Positions 1-13,507 of a DNA stretch of 64,000 bases are shown here, in pieces. The DNA is from Antedon mediterranea. Lineage: Eukaryota > Animalia > Echinodermata. The DNA lies in NCBI RefSeq assembly GCF_964355755.1, contig NC_092675.1, positions 10,225,812 through 10,289,811 on the forward strand. The letters are read 5' to 3'. A program made the translations under genes and the position numbers. A model generated the notes under the pieces. The model was not told the DNA's origin, did not search any database, and worked only from the letters and a program-made list of their open reading frames with translations. Numbering within the stretch: position 1 is the first letter of the stretch; the number at the start of each line of letters is the position of its first letter.

Positions 1-1311
1 GGAGTGATTATAACCTCTGACATTTACAAAATGACTTTAATGAAAACAATATTCCGTGAGTTTATCACATGGCTGTTGGCTGCTATTTTATAATGAGAGC
101 ACCGTCATGACGGTCTTCAGTAAAATGCTGGATGCAAAGGGATTTGGGGTCATGCGTTGTGATTTTTTATAGGCCTATAGAATTTGAGCAAGCAACATGG
201 ACCATTTCTTTAAAATTGCCTTTGAATAGTAACAATCGGTGGTGTCAAACGAGGTATTGAGACGCATGCGCAATTTTAACGACTCTGCAGAAAGGTATGC
301 ATAATTATTGCATAATTATTATCGATAATGATTTAATCTATAGATTTTTAAATGATTATGTTACAGTGTTATATAGAAATCTGATGTAATAATTATCATT
401 TTTATCATAATAATAGGCCTAATAAAATTATATCAATTGCATTGATTGCTATTTTATTTTGCTTCATCGCAAATGATGGACACTCTACAAGCACGTCTGA
501 CTCAATGGTTATACAATAATTACAGATATAGGCCTACAGATTTTACCAATCTTAAAATGTGTACTTATTTATTTGATAACAAGGGTAATTGCAATGTATT
601 GTATGATGTTTATGGACTTCAACTGAACATAATGTCGTTTAGCCTATTTATATGTTAGTTGCTGTATATTTGGTTTTATAGGCGCCATTTTGTTACCATA
701 TGTTTATCATGGGTTATTATTTGATTATGCAAAACCTTCTAATACCTCTCTTGCTTGGCTACAAACGTTTCGCAGAGCAGGTCAAAGTAAACATACATTA
801 GTATGCGTATGCATAAATCCTATAATTTTTAAATATACGGTACAATACTATTGAGAATATAAATTCGTTTTATAACCTAAGGCGTGTATTTTTAAATTGC
901 TGATATTGAATTTTATCATTTCATTCATGCACTAGCCTACTTGATTAGTGTGATCGTTTTCCCCGGTGAGTTTAAGCTGAACACAATGTGATCAGTCTAA
1001 ACCATGCAATTTATTTATTAATTTAGGTTATAAGCACATACATGTTAAGAGGATTACATTTGATTAAATTTCGTTCTCCTCCACAATCCAAAGGCGTTTT
1101 GTCATCAAACATGGTAAGAGATATTTATTGTTTCGTTCTGTATACAGGATTATATAAATTGGTCATGTCATACTCATGTCATACTCTAAGTCATGTAAAC
1201 ACCAAGTATGAGGGTATATGTGTTAAGTTATACATAATTCGTCTTAAGGGTCATGGTTATGTTTCCTCTCATCACATAACTGTATCAATTTTCATTTTAA
1301 CAATCGTACAA

Positions 1312-2387
1312 TCTATATATAAATTATGGTTAATTCTGACATAGGCGAGCACAATGCAAAAACTTCGGTAGAAATCTCTGCCTTGGAACCTACCTGATCT
1401 ATCTCAGATGTACCGCGAAACGTAGATTTGATAACAATTAGTTATCACATCGACGCTATTGTTCGATATTTCTATCTTAGGAAGATATTATAAAGAGTTT
1501 TTTAACAAAATTTATGATTTCAATAGTAGATTTTCAATTCAATTTCAATTCTTCGCGGGTCAAAGTAATTTCCGGGTTCACATTGCAACAACCTGGTTTC
1601 AACTATTTTCTCTCTTTTATACACAAGGGAGCAGTTGAAATAATAGATTTGACCCTAAAGGTGATTGGAAACAGGCACTTTCCATCAATCAATACAAATT
1701 TAAAAATAAAAATTATACTGCAAATTAATAAAGATCAAATTAAATATAGGCCATAAAGAATCGGAATATATTGTGGAAAATAGTATTATAAAATTACATA
1801 TCCCGATCCCGATAGTTGATTGAGTAAGCTGGCAGGAATAACTGTAGGCTACTGTGTCCCGTCAGGACCGAGATGTCTGCCCATGTGGCTTCTTTCTTGG
1901 GCCCACTCTATCACGGCAGTTAGTTTTAAAAGATGTTTAAATTAAATAATGTATTAATAATTATTAGGATGGTATTTATTTGAATAAACGCCTCTCCAAT
2001 AAAACATCACTTTGAATAATAATCATTATAATATTTGTAGTAGAATTCATCGCACTGTTATCTACAATTTACCAAGCATTTGTTATTCGTTTTTACCACT
2101 TTTCATATCTATTACAGGATTCCATTTGATTATAAATGTTCCCTCGAATAAGCACCCCTCTCAAATGAACTCCGCCTCCTCAAAGGGCCATACCAAACAA
2201 TAAACACTATACTTTAAAATGTTATTAATCATCTAAAACACTGTGAAGTAGTTTAGTTTTACGAATGTCAGGCATTTTCAATAATGGTAACCGACAGAAA
2301 ACGTACAAGGAGAACATTTTTATCATTCCGAGAACCATCGTCTACACTCCCTAGATGGGGAGCGAGCGAAGCGAGCTCACCCTCTAG
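1312..2387 (+). mobile_element. Non-autonomous Helitron (~1.08 kb)
   Basis: Starts A|TCTATATATAAAT (1312) and ends in a GC hairpin (TAGATGGGGAGC-GAGCGAAGCGA-GCTCACCCTCTAG) with CTAG|T (2387). There is no TSD. The termini match those of the element at 55338-56659. Confidence 0.75.
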
Positions 2388-3399
2388 TACGTACTAATAA
2401 ATGGGGCTTTTATTGTATAATGTATTATGCAAAGCATCAATGTGCTTGACAAAAAAACGGAAAACTAATAGAAAAAAGAGTTAAAAGGGTTTTCAGAGCA
2501 GCCTTAAAATAAGCAATTGAAGGCTAACAGATAGAAATTTGTAACACGTTCCAAAGCGAAAGAGGCACAAGAAAAGGAACAAAAACCATAATGCTTTGTT
2601 GACGGATGGATGGAATGAACGAACTAGATGGCAGAGAAACTTATGATTGATTATTAGTATAATATTATTTATTAAGGCAAAAGCTGTTGCCTGTATGTTT
2701 AAGGTGGTTAGGATTAGTTGGTTTATACTCTGTGACGCTGTATTACTATTTTCCACTGGATATAAGGCCCGTACTGTACGGCCATTTGAAGCTTTCACAG
2801 AGACGAATCACAAAGAATCAAGTCGAGTCAAATTGTAGGCCTAATACATTATATGCTGATCAAACTGAATTGTTGAATATATTACTACTTTAAAAATATT
2901 ATGAACACTCTATGCACTAATGGAGTTCCTAACAGTCAAGTGTTCAAATTATTAAAATACTGCAATTTAAAATTAGATTGTACAAGAAATATAAGCTTTG
3001 CGTCTAATTAACTGTCGGTACCCTCTCAACAATCCTGTAAGATGCATGATCTGTTACACTGTAAAATGGTCACTTCAACAACATCAATCACGAGAAATAA
3101 TTAAGTGAAGAAAATAATAAATTGATAATTATATCAACCCAAAGTATTATAGGGTCTATTGAAAGACAGATTACTTTTTGGAAAGGGGTTAGGGTTAGGG
3201 GTGGACCATCGTACACTGTTCATTGTTTTTTTGTGCATTTATTTTTTTGGAGCCTTACCTAATTTTTTAGACTTTATTATAGACCTAGTTCCTTTTATTT
3301 TGTCTTATCTATTTAGGTAGCACCATAGAGGAATTATTTTCTAACAAAGTCCCTCATTGTAGCACAAAGTCTTCTTGTAGATAAAATTAAAGAGGTAAT

Positions 3400-3575
3400 G
3401 TGTACACCTTTGGCTCGTGTGTACATTTTAGTAGATACGTGTACTTTGTAAGTTTGACACGAAGCGAGATTAAAGTTGATATAGGCCTATGTGTAACATC
3501 TAGTCCACTGTGCAATTGATGTAAATCGTTTAGAAACGTTTAAATAGGCACTATATAAGTCAACCATTACCATTA
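3400..3575 (+). mobile_element. Degenerate SINE/L2-type 3' tail
   Basis: TGTAAATCGTTTAGAAACG...AGGCACTATATAAG followed by (ACCATT)2 resembles the L2/SINE 3' tail motif; identified from recalled pattern only. Confidence 0.3.
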
Positions 3576-4154
3576 CAAACTATATATTTTTAGTCGTATT
3601 GAATTGTTTTCAATGTTTAGTTCAATATTTTATTGTTCTCGGTGAAAGTTCAACTCTAAAACATAGATATCAATTTCACTGTAGTATCTAGACCACTTTA
3701 TCGAGTCAAACAATTATTCTTTATTAAAACTATCACTCCGTCGATAATAACTCGATTGCATTCAATGATATTGTATAGAAAGTACTGTAATCAATAAACA
3801 GCTGATTTCAGTATACCAATAAATTAATGTTGTAATTATAAGTGTCTTTAAGTAATCAGTCAATTCGTTTAATGAATATCAATTAATTGGTGTGCCATTT
3901 TCAAACAGTAGGCCTAACCTCTTAATTAATTCATAATGCACTTTCCAAATGATGTTGAAATTGAAGAGTTTAGAAAGAGCAATAATAAATTCAAAACATC
4001 TAGACAAAAAACTTGAACCGTATTTGAACGATTTTGTGGGAATCAAAAGATTGAAATTTAATTAAAATGTTGTTATGGCTAGGCACAGTGTATGTAAACG
4101 TTGGACTATTTATAGGCTTTATTTGTTTTCTGTGTACGGAAGTTTCGATGTTAA

Positions 4155-4743
4155 AGCTCAGGTACAGGCATGAATTTTAAATATAATATTTGGTTAATTG
4201 TACATAAATCAAATATTTGTAACAGAAATCGAGACGAAAAAACATGAATTTTCCTTAATATGGTCAACTACAAAATTTGGCAAAATTCTTCTATAAAAAC
4301 CAGGAAGACTTTTTTTCAGTAGTTAGGTACCTAATGTAATAACATGTCTGGTGACTCCCTAGACGGTGAAAAAAGATGGTGGATATACGGTGAATAATTT
4401 TTGCTATAGCATGAAAATAAAAATCTGAAGTTGAATAAAAATATCAGAAATGTAATATTCAAGTTATATTACCTATATTTAGTCATCTGATAACATTTTT
4501 TACCACACCATTTATTTTTAATAGCTTTTTAAAATGCCTCTCTATTTACAAAATTTGTGTACAAAAGAATAGAGATTTTACTGTGTAATTTGAACTATCC
4601 CCCCACTGATAAGAAAGGGCTTATTTTCAACAAGCTCGTGTAACACAAATAAAATCCAAAAAATTATGAAACATAGGGGAAACTATAGATCGATAATTAT
4701 TGGAATGTATGATCAATAGAATTTTTTTGCCCGCACCTGGCCT
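4155..4743 (+). mobile_element. TTAA-flanked MITE family A, copy 1 (Kolobok-type termini AG...CT)
   Basis: TTAA at 4151-4154 and 4744-4747. Imperfect TIR AGCTCAGGTACAGGCA vs reverse complement AGGCCAGGTGCGGGCA. A near-identical inverted copy lies at ~29160-29741. Confidence 0.85.
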
Positions 4744-5498
4744 TTAAAGTTGTTATATTAGTTTCATTTGACGTAAATAACGAAAGAAATGATACACATT
4801 TTTAAAATCAAATCAGTAATACCAACATTTTCGGGATATATCTCTTGAACTGTGATAATTATGTATAGTACCAGTTTATTCTCAGTCTATTTGCTAAATA
4901 GAGCAAGTGTTGAAATTAGATAAAAACACTCCGAAAATATTCATCGTTCACCGCTGGAATCTTCTTGCCATCATCGATCTACTGTAGAATTATAAAAAGC
5001 TGCATTTGTGTTATTTTTAAAACACTGTATACATTAACCATTATGAAAGATCACATTGAATTATTACGCCAGTCAGTAGATTATTATGCAATCCATTCAA
5101 TTGAGCCGAGTAAATGTACTCTACAGTAAGTACGTACTCTTAGGAATACATTGCGATATTTTATGCATGGCATTTTGAAATATTTCTCTTAGCTGTGAAC
5201 CCGATGTTTTATTTTAAATCTGAAATAACATTTAACATACTTCGTGAAAATAGTTTCAGAATGTAAATTACTAATGCAATATTGTTTGATTGATGTAGCT
5301 AAGAGGATTACAGTAACGATGGTACTCGAGTTCTAGTAATTATTGTTGTACATTTAAAATTGAACTAGCTTACATGTTGACGTAAGTACAAAGTAAACTC
5401 TTAGAATGTCATCAGATTCATTGTTATTAACCGTATTATCTGTACTTTAAATTGTAGCATGTTGCTTAGATGTCAATTTCTAGTTTACTGTAAGTTAA

Positions 5499-6124
5499 AG
5501 GCCAGGTGCAGGCAAATAATGTATATTGATCATTTAATCTAGTAACGATCGATCTATAATTTCCCATGTTTCCTATTTTTGCTACATCAGGGTGGGGTGT
5601 GTGGGAGGGGGGGGGGGTGTAGTTATTACACAGTAAAATTCCTATTCTTTTGTACATAAATGTTGTAAATAGAAAGGCACTTTAAAAAAGAAAAGGAAAA
5701 ATAAACGGTGTGGTAAAAAATATCATTAATATTTTATTTTACGTTTCTGGTCACTTTTTATTCAAACTTCAAATTCTTGTTTTGGTGCTATAGCAACAAT
5801 TATCCACTGTATACCGACCGCATTTGTTTGCACTTTTTAAAATGTCTATGGTCACCGGATTTGTTATTATATTGGTTAAACTACCTAACTACAATAGGCC
5901 TACTGATAAAAAGTCTTTTATAGCAGATTTTTGCCATTTGTTGGTATATTGCCATTTTAAGGGAAATTCATGTTTTTTCGCCGTGATTTCTTTTACATAT
6001 AATATTTGCTTATGTACATCTAACCCTAACCCTGTACCTGAGCTACTAGCTACTAGAGTCTAACCCTAACCCTGTACCTGAGCTACTAGCTACTAGAGTC
6101 TAACCTTAACCCTGTACCTGAGCT
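5499..6124 (-). mobile_element. TTAA-flanked MITE family A, diverged copy in opposite orientation
   Basis: TTAA|AGGCCAGGTGCAGGCA ... CCTGTACCTGAGCT|TTAA. Internal blocks (GATCTATAATTTCCC, TTACACAGTAAAAT, CTATTCTTTTGTACA) match the reverse complement of copy 1. Confidence 0.8.
6020..6124 (+). repeat. 40-bp tandem triplication of the MITE terminus with TAACCC hexamers
   Basis: CTAACCCTAACCCTGTACCTGAGCTACTAGCTACTAGAGT repeated about 2.6 times. Confidence 0.85.
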
Positions 6125-6859
6125 TTAAATTATGAAACTTACAGCACAACTCCGCGCTCTTTCTGACTTATCAATGAAAGAGAAAACAAGTAGTGATCAA
6201 GAACTGACAATTATTAATTTTAAAAGCAGAATAGCAGCTAGCTCAAGGTTAAGTTCAGCACTTAATTTAACCCTGCTTTCCTACCTCTGGGCTTCCAAAA
6301 CACAATTCATATGAATCAAAGATGCAAATCAGCCTTATTAATTATAATTTTACCAATTTATCAAGATGCTGTTAGTATTCAATGTTGCTTATCTCATTAG
6401 AGATGGCTTTCAATGACCTATTCCAATGTCTCTCTGTTCTTGTTCATCAACATTAGACTAGCCTACTAACTTTACCAATTAATCAGGAATGACATTTTAT
6501 TCTAACTGAATCCATTAAATAACGGCACATATATTGCTTCGTCGTCATATTTTATTCATTGCCACAATAAATATACGAGTATCAATCATTTTTTATCTGT
6601 GTAGAAAATTCTAACAAAATGATTGATTTGTACAATCATAAACAAACAGACATTTGTTGAAGAATAATGTCAATCTTTAAAAAAACGAAACCTGTAGGCC
6701 TACGTCGAATGATGAAATTCAAACAAACGTTCAGGAATCAACATTACATACATGATCTGCGCATACGTATGAATCAGTATAAACTATACGGCAAACTCTG
6801 AAATGTAGCTAAACGAACGCGAAACATTTTCTAACACCGTGGTATTTAGTGGCTTTAAA

Positions 6860-7613
6860 AAAAACTCAAATTTGCGCACGCGACTGCAGCCATAGGCCTA
6901 CATGGCCTTGTTATACAGCGTATGACAGTTAAAACATTTAGCTTGTTTTTTTATTACAAATATCCTTTTTTTGTCGCGTTAGTCGCGTGCAAACGCGACT
7001 CTACAGCTCATAATGCCGGTCGGTCTGTAGGTCGGTCTGTCTGTCAGTCGGTCTGTCGGTAACCACTAACTCAAATTTGCGCACGCGACTGCAACCATGT
7101 GGCCCTGTTAGATAGCGTATGGCAGTTATAACATTTAGCTTGTTTTCTATTATAAATATTCTTTTTTAGTCGCATGCAAACGCGACTCTACAGCTGACTA
7201 TATCGGTTGGTTGGTCGGTCGGTCTGTAGGTAAACACTAACTCAAATTTGCGCACGCGACTGCAACCATGTGGCCCTGTTAGATAGCGTATGGCAGTTGT
7301 AACATTTAGCTTGTTTTATATTATAATTATTCTTTTTTAGTCGCGTGCAAACGCGACTCTACAGCTCACTATATCGGTCAGTTGGTGGGTCGGTCGGTCG
7401 GTAAACACTAACTCCAATTTGCGCACGCGACTGCAGCCATGTACATGGCCCTGTTAGATAGCGTATGGCAGTTATAACATTTAGCTTGTTTTCTATTATA
7501 AATATTCTTTTTTAGTCGCGTGCAAACGCGATTCTACAGCTCACTATGTCGGTCGGTCGGTAAACACTAACTCAAATTGGCGCACGCGATTGTTGCCATG
7601 TATATGGCCTTGT
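6860..7613 (+). repeat. Tandem array (~4.5 units of ~160-205 bp) of a Helentron-associated (HINE/DINE-1-like) mini-element
   Basis: Each unit has TTTTAGTCGCGTGCAAACGCGACT (sub-terminal IR plus palindrome), a (GGTC)n microsatellite, GCACGCGACT (matching IR), a GCCATG..CATGGC hairpin and CTTGTT. Confidence 0.75.
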
Positions 7614-9382
7614 TTTAAATTTAAAACGTTAAAAAAAATGAAAAGAACAAAGTTTGCCAACACAAAATTAAACAAAGAGCTTACGACTGGAATTTGTTTT
7701 TATTTTTCTGCCTTTAGTGACACAAAGTACATTGTCAAGTCAACGTTTCTTTGTGCTACATTTTCTTTCTTTCATTAGCTTTAGCTAAAAAGATAATTTA
7801 AAGTTGATACGCCGCCTAAAGGAATAGTTTATAGTCCCATTTTTCTAATAAGAAATAAATAATCCCTTCAGATGTCACCTGTCTGAGTAGATTGGTTTTC
7901 TACATTTAGAATCGATTTACTCATAGCCTGGTTGTATCTTGATGACGTTTATTAGAGTACTGTAATTAGTGTGGAATAGAATAAATAGGTCTGTACTGCG
8001 ACTGAAATTACAGTTTCACAGTGGTGTACATCAGTCGAAATTATAATGCATTATACGTTTTGTTGCAGTAAATGGTAAAGTACCGGTAAGACAAATCGTC
8101 AGTAAGAAAGCAAATATAGGCCTAATATAAAATGAAGTTGGAATAAGAAACTGTTTGAGTCATACAAGAATTTCCTATAGCTTCTATGTTTATTTTCTCT
8201 TATTTTTCTATGTATATTTTGAATAATGTGAATTTGATGCTACTTATCAATACGTCATCGTCATTTGATAAATATCTCTCAATACTGAAGCCGACGGGTT
8301 TATAGGTTATACCTCGTTTAATCAACGGGTATATTTTGCCATCTATGCACAATTCTGTTATCTTTAGAATAAAATGTTTTAAAACTGATAAACAAGCAAT
8401 TGGAAGTTAAAACGATAAATCTCCCAACGTTTTAGTTAAGTCTTCCGGATCAACATAAACCATTGAATCGATTAACATAAAGTCCCGTAGCGTTAGTTTT
8501 AACAACTTAACTAGAGTGTAATATATTATTTTGGAATTGGAGCGATTTAATACGTCGTTGTCGTCTTATTTTTAGCCTATTATAGAGGATTTTATATCTA
8601 CATGTCCATTAACATGTAGTAGCATCCATGTAAAGTGTGTCTTTTTACAGATCATTTGTTCATGTTTCTTTTATAAGCACGAATGTTCAGACAGAGTTCA
8701 ATATACGACAGAGAACCTTCTGGAGCATGTTATATCACACAGGAACATATTTAGGCCTATGCGTGACAATATAAAAACAGGTCGAACTTCATAAAAAATA
8801 GCCTTATAATAACATTTAGTTGGAAAAATATTTAACGAAAGTAGAGAAAATGCTGAAATAATAATGATGGGAATAAATTGATGATTATAAAATAGGCTCC
8901 AAATGAAAGTAAATACTGAACAGAAAATGACATTTTCTTTTTCTGTTGTTGTTTCTGAGCAATGTAGGCGATTCAAAAACACTAGTCCATTAGGAACAAG
9001 AAGAAAATAAAAATATCGGTTTTTTAATTATTTTAAAATTTCAATAATTGTGAAAACAACTTCATATTATTTTGAATTATATCCTTTATAATACGGTATA
9101 AACTTAAAGGTTCACTAATTTTTTGAACTAAATCTCCGCGCTCAGATGCTTTATATTTTGGCGCCGATGTAAAACGACTAAGCTTAGAAAGGCTCAGGAG
9201 GTTAGTGATCCAGTGTGTTAAATACTAGCACGTCCTCTACAGAACACATACCCATTTGGTATTTTAGAGAGGGCGCATTATAAATATTTGTTCATGTTTT
9301 GGTTGTTTGATTGCCTTTTATCGTATTTTAATTATTACGAAAATACAATTCATCATTACTCAAATTAAAATAATATTTAATT

Positions 9383-9650
9383 CTCTCTCTCTCTTTTAAC
9401 ATTTTCCGTGCTCTGACATTACGCTTTCCACAATTTGTTTCCATGTTTGTCTGTTTATGGCAGGATGGTTTGTTATTGTGTTAGTGTCTACATGTCCTTG
9501 TACGTCTTTCTTTATTTGATTCATCCAGTTATTTCTTGGTCTTCCTACGGGTCGTTTTACTTTCCTGTTTCTGTCATTGTTTGTTTGATCTGAGGTATCA
9601 TCCGGTAATCTAATTATGTGTTCATACCAATTAAGTCTCCTTCGTTTAAA
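9383..9650 (-). mobile_element. RTE-clade LINE 3' remnant
   Basis: The minus-strand ORF encodes RRLNWYEHIIRLPD...KRPVGRPRNNW...INRQTWKQIV, the typical RTE ORF2 C-terminus, and is followed by a (GA)n tail. Confidence 0.75.
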
Positions 9651-11485
9651 CAAATTTAAAATTAATATATAAAATACAGCAATAAGAAACCCAATTCTCT
9701 GTACAATATACAATGTATTTTCGGGAGTGAGATATCATTATATTTATACACAGTTCTTGTCCATGGTTTACAAAGTGGTGAAGTCTAATTATCTCAGAGA
9801 TAAATTTTGTCTAATCTTTTGAAAATTTCTTCTCCAAACTACAGAATGTCTGCAAACAATGTCTTCACAATGGATGTAGGTCTATGTGACATACATCCCA
9901 AACGGCGCCCCGTATGTTGTGCACATACATGGTTTAAGCTGCTAATGTCATAGTTATCTTTTGCTGTGAATGCCTTTGAATTGCCCGGAGTAGTAACAAG
10001 CTTTCTCTTCTCAATTGTTTTTATAGAAAGCCACATGATTATAACAACACAGAAAAACTAAATACAGTTAAGTCTACCAAAAATATATAAAATGGGCTAT
10101 AGTAAACAAACTATAATTATTAGTAGTTGGGAGAAGTAATAATCATAGACAAATAAAAGATCTAATTGTCCATGCTTGGGTTTAAATAAATAAATAAATT
10201 TCCGTTTTCTACATCATTATTTGTATATTGCATCAGTCGTCATAGTATTTATTTGAATAAACTCCCCCTCGAATACGCTTTATTTTTTCGTGTAAACGCC
10301 CCACCATTATTTATACTGTAGGCCTACACACAAGGCTCTCTAACACATTTCTATTTTACAGTAGTAGGATCGGTCCTAATGTGTATTTTGTTTAAAATGT
10401 TATCGTACGGTATCGTATGTACTGCTTAGGTCTGTATAGTGTGCATACATTTTTTCCTATATCATTGCAGTTAATCCTTGCCTTGAGCTAGCTAATAAAA
10501 CACACTTTTACATTAATTTTCATTCAACTTTATTACAAAGAATAATTCTTGTGACACAGAGACACACACGGCTTACGACATACATTATGTGGTGACGTCA
10601 CTTATAACGTGTACATGCACTGCTCTAAGGCTCCCGATTAACGAAAATGTGATCTGTAATGAAATTACTCTTTAGATTGTATCGTATTCATTCTTACTTT
10701 AAAAAAACATTGACATTGGAAATATATTTTTGTATTTTATATGAATTCAGTTTTTTTTAAAGGAATATTGTTTTAAAACGTTGGCTAAAAGTATTCTACG
10801 CCAATACAATTTATAAAACAAATACAAGGAAGGAGCTGCAACAGTACATAACAACTACAAGGCTTATAAACTAGGATTCTGCAATTGCTATATTAAACAG
10901 TTTCTATGCAATATGCGCGCCATACGTCAATCATGGACAGAATTAATGACGCGCGTTCAAATGATGTTGGCACGCCGTTTGTACGCGTGCGTCAATGGAT
11001 GAGTTGTTTTGTATGGGCGTGTCAAAGCTGATGATAAAATACCACGGCTTTCTATAGATTTCATAACAATAACAATTGAGAGAATAATAATACTAATAAT
11101 ATTAATTTAAAAAAAAGAAATGTTTATTCAGTCATCGTACGTCACACAGCATCGAGTCAGTAAATCAAGGATAATTCCAGGTAAATAGTAGCGCCTCACA
11201 GAGCTGGTTTGTAGTTTATAATTTTCTATCAGAAGGTCTAGCTAAATTGAATAAATTAATTATTATATAATAAACATAAAATTAACAACACAACACTTTA
11301 CGTTTAGATACTTTATAACGCAATTTGGTGAATTGAAAATACACACATTGTTGACATTGAATCAACATGGTACCATGGACTATTAGACCCACGATCGTTG
11401 GACATCACAATAAATATTCGTGACTTAATATAAAACTAATGATTTGCATAATCTGTGATAAAATTAAGTTGGTCTTAAAGCCAAC

Positions 11486-11628
11486 TTACACAGACGAGCG
11501 GTAACGGTAATAAAAACATATCTGTTATTTCTCATTAATGAGAAACCTCCACATTGTGTGTAAATGGACATAAGGAATAACCCCCTAATAACAATGATTA
11601 ATATTACCGTTACCGCTCGTCTGTGTAA
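11486..11628. repeat. Small MITE-like inverted repeat (27-bp perfect arms)
   Basis: TTACACAGACGAGCGGTAACGGTAATA (11486-11512) and its exact reverse complement (11602-11628). Confidence 0.8.
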
Positions 11629-12404
11629 ATTCTAAGCTCAGGATAGATACAGATTTCAACATGGGACAAGCTACGCGGTCTATTTAATTGACCATTATAC
11701 TGAAAAATGTGAGGTTTTTTGCACAACGAGATGCGCCTTAATAATAAATGAATGATACTACAAGTGTCAGTATCACACGATTTGATTCATTATTCAACTA
11801 TTAATAATTATCCTCTTTATTTATTGATAAGTAGACTTACTTAAAACAAAATTAATTTCACTTTGGTCACAATGTTAAACAGTAGCTATCTAAAGTTATT
11901 GAATGAATGGTACAGTACTACTACTATATTATTATTATACATATTATAATTTGGAAGCCGCTATAGCATTACATTCAATTCATTCGTATAATGAAACGTA
12001 ACGAGCTCATAAAATGATACATGTTGTATTAAGATTCAGGGGGAGAGGCCTACTTAAGATGTTTTTTCCTTATGTTTGAGAAACAATTTGTAAAAATAAA
12101 GGTTTTTTTTTAGTTCCGTCTATTAAAGCCTTATATTTTAATAATTTCCTTTCTTTTTTAACGGTTACAAAACATGTTAGCGGTAACCAATCAATCCAAT
12201 GTGTTTCTATACAAGATATAGTAGGCCTAGACAGCTAGCTTAATGAAACAGATATAGAAGGCATTAGCTTCTGTCATGTACATGTTTGTTCAGCTCGTTA
12301 TGTCATAGATCATCTAAGAAAAAGCAAGATATTTATATCGTAATCAAGTAATCATTAATGTTACACACCGTCCAATTCTTGTCAGAATACAGGTGCTTAT
12401 TGTC

Positions 12405-12535
12405 GTGCCGTAAGTACAATGATCGAGTGCACCGTGTCTCCATTAAACAAGGGCTATATCTGTATTACCTTGTCGTAAGTATAATGATCGAGTGCACCGT
12501 GTCTCCATTAAACAAGGGCTATGTCTGTATTACCT
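12405..12535 (+). repeat. ~65-bp tandem duplication
   Basis: AATGATCGAGTGCACCGTGTCTCCATTAAACAAGGGCTAT.TCTGTATTACCTT occurs twice. Confidence 0.8.
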
Positions 12536-12587
12536 TTAAAAAAATAATTTTTTTGGGGTAGTAGCTATAGCTAGCTTATATTTAGGT

Positions 12588-12905
12588 TATTTATTTATTT
12601 ATTTATTCAACCATGTTTCAATAGGGTGACCCAGCCAGCGGAAGCTGATTTTAAGGGGCCCTCAACAATACAAGTAAAAATATATTACAATAGTTAAAAT
12701 TGAATAAAGAATAAATATAAAAATGTACATAGAAATGCAAGACAGTAAAAGGTCAGGAAGATAAAAATTTAAAAAGTGTCATTATTAAGCATAAAGTTCT
12801 ATAATTAACTTTTAAAATTTAAAAAGGTATTGCAATTTCTAATAGAAACGTCTAACGAGTTAAAATATGTAGGTCCTTTATAATTAAAAGAATGTTTAAG
12901 AAGTT
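12588..12905 (-). mobile_element. CR1/L2-type LINE 3' end remnant
   Basis: The minus strand reads SFNYKGPTYFNSLDVSIRNCNTFLNFK (typical LINE ORF2 C-terminal motif) and ends in a (TAAA)n tail near 12590. Confidence 0.55.
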
Positions 12906-12963
12906 AAAAGGTTATCGGAACTTACATTAAACTTAGTGATTATGTGCTGCCTGTTCCCACCCG

Positions 12964-12974
12964 TCTCTCTCCCC

Positions 12975-13008
<34 letters not shown>
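12964..13008 (+). repeat. Poly-C / (CT)n microsatellite
   Basis: Seen directly in the sequence. Confidence 0.9.
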
Positions 13009-13009
<1 letters not shown>

Positions 13010-13507
13010 TGGTAGTGGTGCGATGTTGAGTTGGGCTAAAACGTACCATCAACCCTTGACGACTATCAATAAGAAAACAAATCTTTCAGTACTATTCTAT
13101 TAACTAGCTCAGCATTATTTTAATGAATCGAAATAACCGTCATTCTTATTTTGTATTCACGATTTTGTTTCTGACGTGTTTGAAACTAATGAAATATCAT
13201 TGTAATATACACCTATCATTTTCTTTCACATAATGATTATTTACCTTGTATAACCAAGAAATTAGTCTAACTAGGTGCATTAAGCTATAAAACTGTCATG
13301 CTTGGTGAACTAGACAATGCTAATATGACGACTACGAAAGCTATGCTACTGGCTGTTTAAAATCAACGTAAATTCTCAATTGTTTAATTTCTATCTCACA
13401 TTAACCAAGATTTATGGTACTTTCTTTCTTAAATTTCAGATACGAGCATCGTAGAATCCTTTGACATTTAAGCATTACTTACGTCAGCCTGGTAATTCTA
13501 CTAACAA

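Noticed and set aside
6860-7613. CRISPR-like repeat array
   Set aside because: The context is eukaryotic, whole units repeat without unique spacers, and no cas genes are present.
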